In this document: positions 36,497 to 39,724 of the stretch, in pieces | How positions within the stretch are numbered: position 1 is the first letter of the stretch | Layout: each line of letters starts with the position of its first letter | Origin: Aquimarina sp. | GTDB taxonomy: Bacteria > Bacteroidota > Bacteroidia > Flavobacteriales > Flavobacteriaceae | Length of the DNA: 39,724 nucleotides | Assembly (NCBI GenBank): GCA_002697475.1 | Contig: NZVW01000073.1 | Location: forward strand, 1-39,724 | Reading direction: 5' to 3' | Translations under genes and position numbers: made by a program | The notes under the pieces: generated by a model | Seen by the model: only the letters and a program-made list of their open reading frames with translations | The model's database searches: none | Told to the model about the DNA's origin: nothing

Positions 36497-37743
36497 TAAA
36501 GAAGATTTTAGTACTTGTACTGGTGTTATTAGCCGGTTATTCTTATGCTCAGGAAGGCACAACTTCTCCATACTCTTTTTATGGTATAGGACTACAAAAA
36601 TTTAAGGGAACCGTGGAGAATCGATCTATGGGAGGTTTGAGCATTTTATCAGACAGTATCCACTTAAATCTTCAAAATCCTGCGGCATATGGTGAATTGA
36701 GATTAACCGCCTATAGCCTTGGTGCCAGTTATGGTAAATATAGTATTGAAAATGAGAGCGAGTCTTCATCAAAGGACAATGCTACTATAGATTATCTTGG
36801 ATTGGGTATTCCTGCAGGTAAATTTGGTTTTGGTTTTGGAGTAATACCTTCTACAGCTGTGGGATATGACTTGATATCTACTGATGAAAATGATGTTGAG
36901 AGAAGATTTACAGGAAGAGGAGGTCTTAATAAAGTGTATCTTTCTGCCGGAGTTAAACTTAACGAGAATTTAAGTGTAGGTCTGGATTTTAATTATAACT
37001 TTGGAAATATTGAAACTAAATCCATACTCAGAGACCCTGATGTTCAGAGAGGTACGAGAGAAATTAATAGCTCAGATCTTTCTGGGGTTAGTTTTGGTTT
37101 GGGGATAAATTATCAATCCATGATTACAGATGAACTGCAACTAACAGCTTCTATAGTGTCAAGGCCATCAACTACATTAACATCAGAAAACTCACGAGAG
37201 TTAGCTACCGTAGTTATAGATAATTTTGGTAGAGAAAATGTTTTTGACAGACAAAATGTAACGGTTGGAGATAGTGATCTGGACTTACCTGCAGAATTAA
37301 AAATAGGTACAGGTATAGGGCAGCCAAAGAAATGGTTTGTAGGAATGGAATATAACTTTCAGGATACTGAAAATTTATCCGAAAGAATTTCGGCAAACAA
37401 TAGTGATAACGTAAGATATGAAAATGCATCCTCTTATAAATTAGGGGGATATTTTATACCAAAATATAATTCGTTGACAAGCTACTTTAACAGAGTGGTT
37501 TACAGGGCTGGGATACGTTATGAAAAGACTGGTTTGAATATTAACAATCAGTCCATAGATGAGTTTGGCATATCTTTTGGAGTAGGATTGCCAGTGGGAA
37601 GCTTATTCTCCAATGCTAACCTCGGATTTGAGTACGGGCAAAGGGGACAAACCGATTTCGGTTTAGTAAAGGAGAACTTTTTTAATTTCTCTTTAAGTTT
37701 GTCACTAAATGATAAATGGTTTAGACAATTAAAATTTAATTAA
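36493..37743 (+). CDS. Outer-membrane beta-barrel protein (FadL/long-chain fatty acid transport-like)
   Basis: Signal peptide, 'SPYSFYGIG...RSMGG...NPAA' N-terminal motif and alternating beta strands. ATGA-like overlap with coaX. Confidence 0.65.
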   Translation: MIKKILVLVLVLLAGYSYAQEGTTSPYSFYGIGLQKFKGTVENRSMGGLSILSDSIHLNLQNPAAYGELRLTAYSLGASYGKYSIENESESSSKDNATIDYLGLGIPAGKFGFGFGVIPSTAVGYDLISTDENDVERRFTGRGGLNKVYLSAGVKLNENLSVGLDFNYNFGNIETKSILRDPDVQRGTREINSSDLSGVSFGLGINYQSMITDELQLTASIVSRPSTTLTSENSRELATVVIDNFGRENVFDRQNVTVGDSDLDLPAELKIGTGIGQPKKWFVGMEYNFQDTENLSERISANNSDNVRYENASSYKLGGYFIPKYNSLTSYFNRVVYRAGIRYEKTGLNINNQSIDEFGISFGVGLPVGSLFSNANLGFEYGQRGQTDFGLVKENFFNFSLSLSLNDKWFRQLKFN

Positions 37744-37761
37744 CTACAATTTAATACAGCT

Positions 37762-39132
37762 ATGAACACTAAAGTTTTATTTACAATAGCAGCAGGTTTA
37801 GTTCTGGGAGCTTCTACAGCAACAGCTCAGGCTACTGACTGTGCTACCACGGCTTCGATTGCCTATGAGCATGCTAAAGTAAAAAATTATGAAGCAGCGG
37901 AAGAGCCGTTATGGAAAGTAAGGAAGGAGTGTCCTACATATAGCGTTGCTACCTATCAGTTTGGAGAAAAGCTTTTAGATGATAAATATAAAAAAGCACC
38001 AGATGCTCAAAAGCAATCTCTGGCTCAAGAGATTATCAAATTATGGAAAGAACGTTATCAATATTTTCCTGAGAAAACAAGTATAGGTGATATGCACTCT
38101 GAAATTGGTCAGTTGATGCACGATAACAATATAGGGACTAAAGAAGCTCAATTGGCTGAGTTTGAAAAAGCCTGGAAAGAGGATAGAGCTAATTTTGACA
38201 ACTCTAAGAAATTATATACTTTCTTTTCTGTAGTAGTAGATCTTCAGGATGAAGGAAAAAAGGATCTTCAGGATGTATTTGATTTATATGATGAGGTAAT
38301 TGAGAAGATTGAAGCTGAAGAGAATGATAAAGCTGAAAAAATTAATGAGTATACTGAAAAGGAAGAGGCTGGAGAGACACTTTCAAGCAAAGATAAAAAA
38401 CGATTAAAGCAGTATGAAGCTATTCTTTCTAACTTTAGTAAAGTAAAAGCTGGAGTTAACCAAAAGCTTGGAGAAAGAGCGGACTGTGCTAACTTGATTC
38501 CATTATATAATGGTCAGTTTGATGCTAAAAAAGGAGATGTAAATTGGTTAAAAAGTGCAGCAGGAAGAATGTCAGGGAAAGATTGTACTGAAGATCCGTT
38601 GTTCTTTAAATTGGTTGAAGCGTTACACGCTGCTGAGCCATCTGCTAAATCAGCTTATTACTTAGGGTTACTTGCGCTAAAGGATAACAAGACATCAACA
38701 GCGTTAGATTACTTTAAGCAATCTGAAGAGTTAGAAACTAAAGCTAGTGATAAAGCTAAGGTGAACTATAAAATTGCTGAAACTTACAGAAAGAAAGGAA
38801 ACTTTGGTAGTGCAAGAACTTACTATAAGAAAGCATTAAGTCAGAAACCTTCAATGGGTATTTGTTATCTTAAGATCGCAGATATGGTTGGGGATAGCGC
38901 AAATAACTGTGGTGATGATAAATTTAGTAAGCAGGCCGTATATTGGTTAGCAGCTAATTATGCAGATAGAGCTGGTAAAATTGATCCAAGTTTATCTTCT
39001 ACGGCTTCTAAAGCAGCAGCACGATATAGAGCTCTTGCTCCGTCTAAAACAGATGTGTTTAACAACCCGGAGAGAAAGTCTGTTAAAATAGGATGTTGGA
39101 TCGGAGAGACTATAAAAGTACCTTCACTTTAG
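37762..39132 (+). CDS. Exported tetratricopeptide-repeat protein
   Basis: Signal peptide (ATA-Q) and TPR-like helices 'AYYLGLLA...ALDYFKQS' and 'YKIAETYRKKGNFGSARTYYKKAL'. Confidence 0.75.
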   Translation: MNTKVLFTIAAGLVLGASTATAQATDCATTASIAYEHAKVKNYEAAEEPLWKVRKECPTYSVATYQFGEKLLDDKYKKAPDAQKQSLAQEIIKLWKERYQYFPEKTSIGDMHSEIGQLMHDNNIGTKEAQLAEFEKAWKEDRANFDNSKKLYTFFSVVVDLQDEGKKDLQDVFDLYDEVIEKIEAEENDKAEKINEYTEKEEAGETLSSKDKKRLKQYEAILSNFSKVKAGVNQKLGERADCANLIPLYNGQFDAKKGDVNWLKSAAGRMSGKDCTEDPLFFKLVEALHAAEPSAKSAYYLGLLALKDNKTSTALDYFKQSEELETKASDKAKVNYKIAETYRKKGNFGSARTYYKKALSQKPSMGICYLKIADMVGDSANNCGDDKFSKQAVYWLAANYADRAGKIDPSLSSTASKAAARYRALAPSKTDVFNNPERKSVKIGCWIGETIKVPSL

Positions 39133-39134
39133 TG

Positions 39135-39692
39135 ATGGATAAATATAAGATTAGAATAGTATTGAACATTGTCACAGCAATTGCTGTGACAATGTTTTTT
39201 TCATGTGGGGGTAAACAAGAAAAGGTTGTAGATCCTGAGTTAATAAAAAAGACTCCTATTGCTGAAGGTCTGAACGTAAACCTTAAGTATACGGATTCAG
39301 GAAAGTTAGTCGCTATCTTACGTTCTCCAAAAATTTTGAACTATACTAATAGGTCATTTGGATACTGGGAATTTCCTGAAGGAATAGTTTTAGACTTTAT
39401 TGATGAGAATGGTAAAGTAAGTGTGGTGAAATCAGATTTTGCTGTCAGTTATCAGTTGACTGGTCTTATTGATATGAGAGGTAATGTAGATATATTTACT
39501 GCAGACAGTACACGCTTAAAAGCAGAACAATTGTATTGGGACCAGGAATCTAACTGGATATTTACCGATCAACCGTATACCAGTATCTTGCCAGACGGAA
39601 CTATCAATGAAGGAGATGGTTTTGATGCTAATCAGGATTTTACTATCTTGAATTCAAGAGTTAACGAGGGGGTCATATTTATAAAAGAATAA
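39135..39692 (+). CDS. lptC: LPS export ABC transporter periplasmic protein LptC
   Basis: ATG at 39135 gives lipobox FFSC-G. Motifs 'YTDSGKL', 'EFPEGI', 'GNV', 'EQLYWDQ', 'IFTD' and 'GDGFDA' fit the Bacteroidota LptC jellyroll, and the gene context is the usual one. Confidence 0.8.
   Translation: MDKYKIRIVLNIVTAIAVTMFFSCGGKQEKVVDPELIKKTPIAEGLNVNLKYTDSGKLVAILRSPKILNYTNRSFGYWEFPEGIVLDFIDENGKVSVVKSDFAVSYQLTGLIDMRGNVDIFTADSTRLKAEQLYWDQESNWIFTDQPYTSILPDGTINEGDGFDANQDFTILNSRVNEGVIFIKE
39165..39201 (+). terminator. Intragenic terminator-like palindrome with T7 tract inside the 5' end of lptC
   Basis: AACATTGTCACAGCAA-TTGCTGTGACAATGTT is a perfect 32-bp palindrome running into seven T residues. Confidence 0.65.
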
Positions 39693-39724
39693 ATCCTTTT
39701 TTGTATTTTTAATTTTTCAATAAA

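Noticed and set aside
937-37429. Numerous short (60-120 aa) ORFs antisense to or nested within long genes in the ORF track
   Set aside because: They shadow well-supported genes and show no recognisable motifs.

Overview
AT-rich chromosomal window that reads as Flavobacteriaceae (Bacteroidota), judged from a SusC/SusD pair, a TAnnTTTG-type promoter and many lipoproteins. From left to right it contains: (1) a truncated PagL-like deacylase gene and a DUF2807 lipoprotein; (2) a seven-gene minus-strand arsenosugar-type operon (AhpD/CMD CxxC protein, radical SAM ArsS, exported rhodanese, TIGR04282/DUF2064 transferase, purine nucleoside phosphorylase, ArsM, DUF547 lipoprotein); (3) two convergent LacI regulators, a perfect LacI-type operator and a cytoplasmic GH13 alpha-glucosidase; (4) a PUL-like locus in which susC-susD is followed by three ~1100-aa FG-GAP/ASPIC-UnbV lipoprotein paralogs, a lipoprotein vanadium-dependent haloperoxidase and a GyrI-like protein, instead of secreted glycosidases; (5) a single-ORF GlpK-GlpD fusion, a PAP2 phosphatase and an acyl-CoA dehydrogenase; (6) a decayed ISL3-type element with an 8-bp target duplication; (7) tRNA-Phe and the housekeeping run coaX, outer-membrane protein, TPR protein, lptC. 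The strongest candidates for new biology are the SusCD/ASPIC-UnbV/haloperoxidase surface system, the PNP plus CofC-like pair as the possible missing steps of arsenosugar synthesis, the GlpK-GlpD fusion, and several structured non-coding elements. All family calls come from reading motifs by eye; no database searches were run.
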